Shown: positions 63,336 through 64,000 of the stretch, one piece after another
Numbering within the stretch: the first letter of the stretch is position 1
How the letters are laid out: every line of letters starts with the position of its first letter
From: Epiperipatus broadwayi
Lineage: Eukaryota; Animalia; Onychophora
Direction of reading: 5' to 3'
Length of the DNA: 64,000 nt
NCBI GenBank assembly: GCA_028023455.1
Contig: JAQFVV010000009.1
Span: 10,168,001 to 10,232,000, forward strand
The notes under the pieces: model-generated
Database searches by the model: none
What the model was told of the DNA's origin: nothing
Seen by the model: only the letters and a program-made list of their open reading frames with translations
Made by a program: the position numbers and the translations under genes

Positions 63336-64000
63336 GAAATAAACCATGTATTATTTTGCATTACAATCTGATATTTTGACAGACTAGCAACCATCATTAT
63401 CAAGGTTAACTTTTGAAAGAAAAAATGTTAGATCTCAAACAATAACATGACTCAGTGCCAGATGAGAAATGAGATTCAACTTGAAGTAGTTCAGCATTCA
63501 CAATATGAGGCTTATCAAAATGTTTATTTCCCTCAGTTTTTCACCTATTAATTTTAAGTTAATATTAGATAAAATAAGAGGTTTCCACATAACTGGAATA
63601 CATTGTGCTTCATCAGCCATATTTAAATGAGTAGGTTTCTTTAATATTTCAATTGACTCTCTCATAGTTCTTAAATCATATCTTTCCAAATTAGCAAGTA
63701 TTTTTGTATTGTCAAAATCAGGTTTGTGACCAATTTCTCAAAAATGGGAAGTAAAAACTGATGTGCTAATTTTTTGATTAAAAGCATTTCTATGTTTCTT
63801 AATTCTGACATTTATTCATCTATTAGACTGACTCACATAGCTTCTTGAGCACTGCAAACATGGAATTTTGTAAACTCCTTGGTGTTCCAAAAATATTCTG
63901 TCTTTAGATTTACATAAAAAATCACCAATTTTTTTGCCAGTAGAAAAAGTAGTCTTTATATTAAAACAAGATAGTCTTCTACTGATTTTATTAGTAACCC
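63332..64000 (-). mobile_element. Penelope-like element 3' part (GIY-YIG endonuclease plus 3' terminus), truncated by the window edge
   Basis: Minus strand GVYKIPCLQCSRSYVSQSNR...RIKKH and HKPDFDNTKIL...RTMRESIEILKKPTHLN...W (ORF 63498-63689), the typical PLE GIY-YIG signature. Confidence 0.9.

Overview
This is very AT-rich (roughly 25-30% GC by eye) animal genomic DNA that reads as intronic or intergenic and is dominated by decayed mobile elements. No bacterial-type genes, rRNA or CRISPR arrays are present, and no intact protein-coding gene could be identified. Supported elements: a decayed Gypsy LTR retrotransposon with two LTRs (14.1-19.2 kb), four RTE-clade LINE copies or fragments, a pogo/Tigger fragment, a Penelope GIY-YIG 3' end at the right edge, three tRNA-Gly-derived short SINEs (two with 13-bp TSDs), and several MITE/foldback elements and long microsatellites. 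A three-layer nest spans 30.7-38.2 kb: a Gypsy integrase region holds a 5.0-kb hAT/Buster transposon (8-bp TSD GGTTAGAT), whose transposase is split by a CpG-rich 2,485-bp TG...CA element (4-bp TSD GTAT). The most interesting signal is a ~430-475-bp tandem/dispersed repeat family (7.0-7.6, 12.5-13.4 and 47.8 kb). Its copies jointly reconstruct a type I hammerhead ribozyme next to a Pol III B-box-like motif, i.e. a fossil retrozyme-like family. A few exon-like patches hint at host genes but could not be assembled or named.
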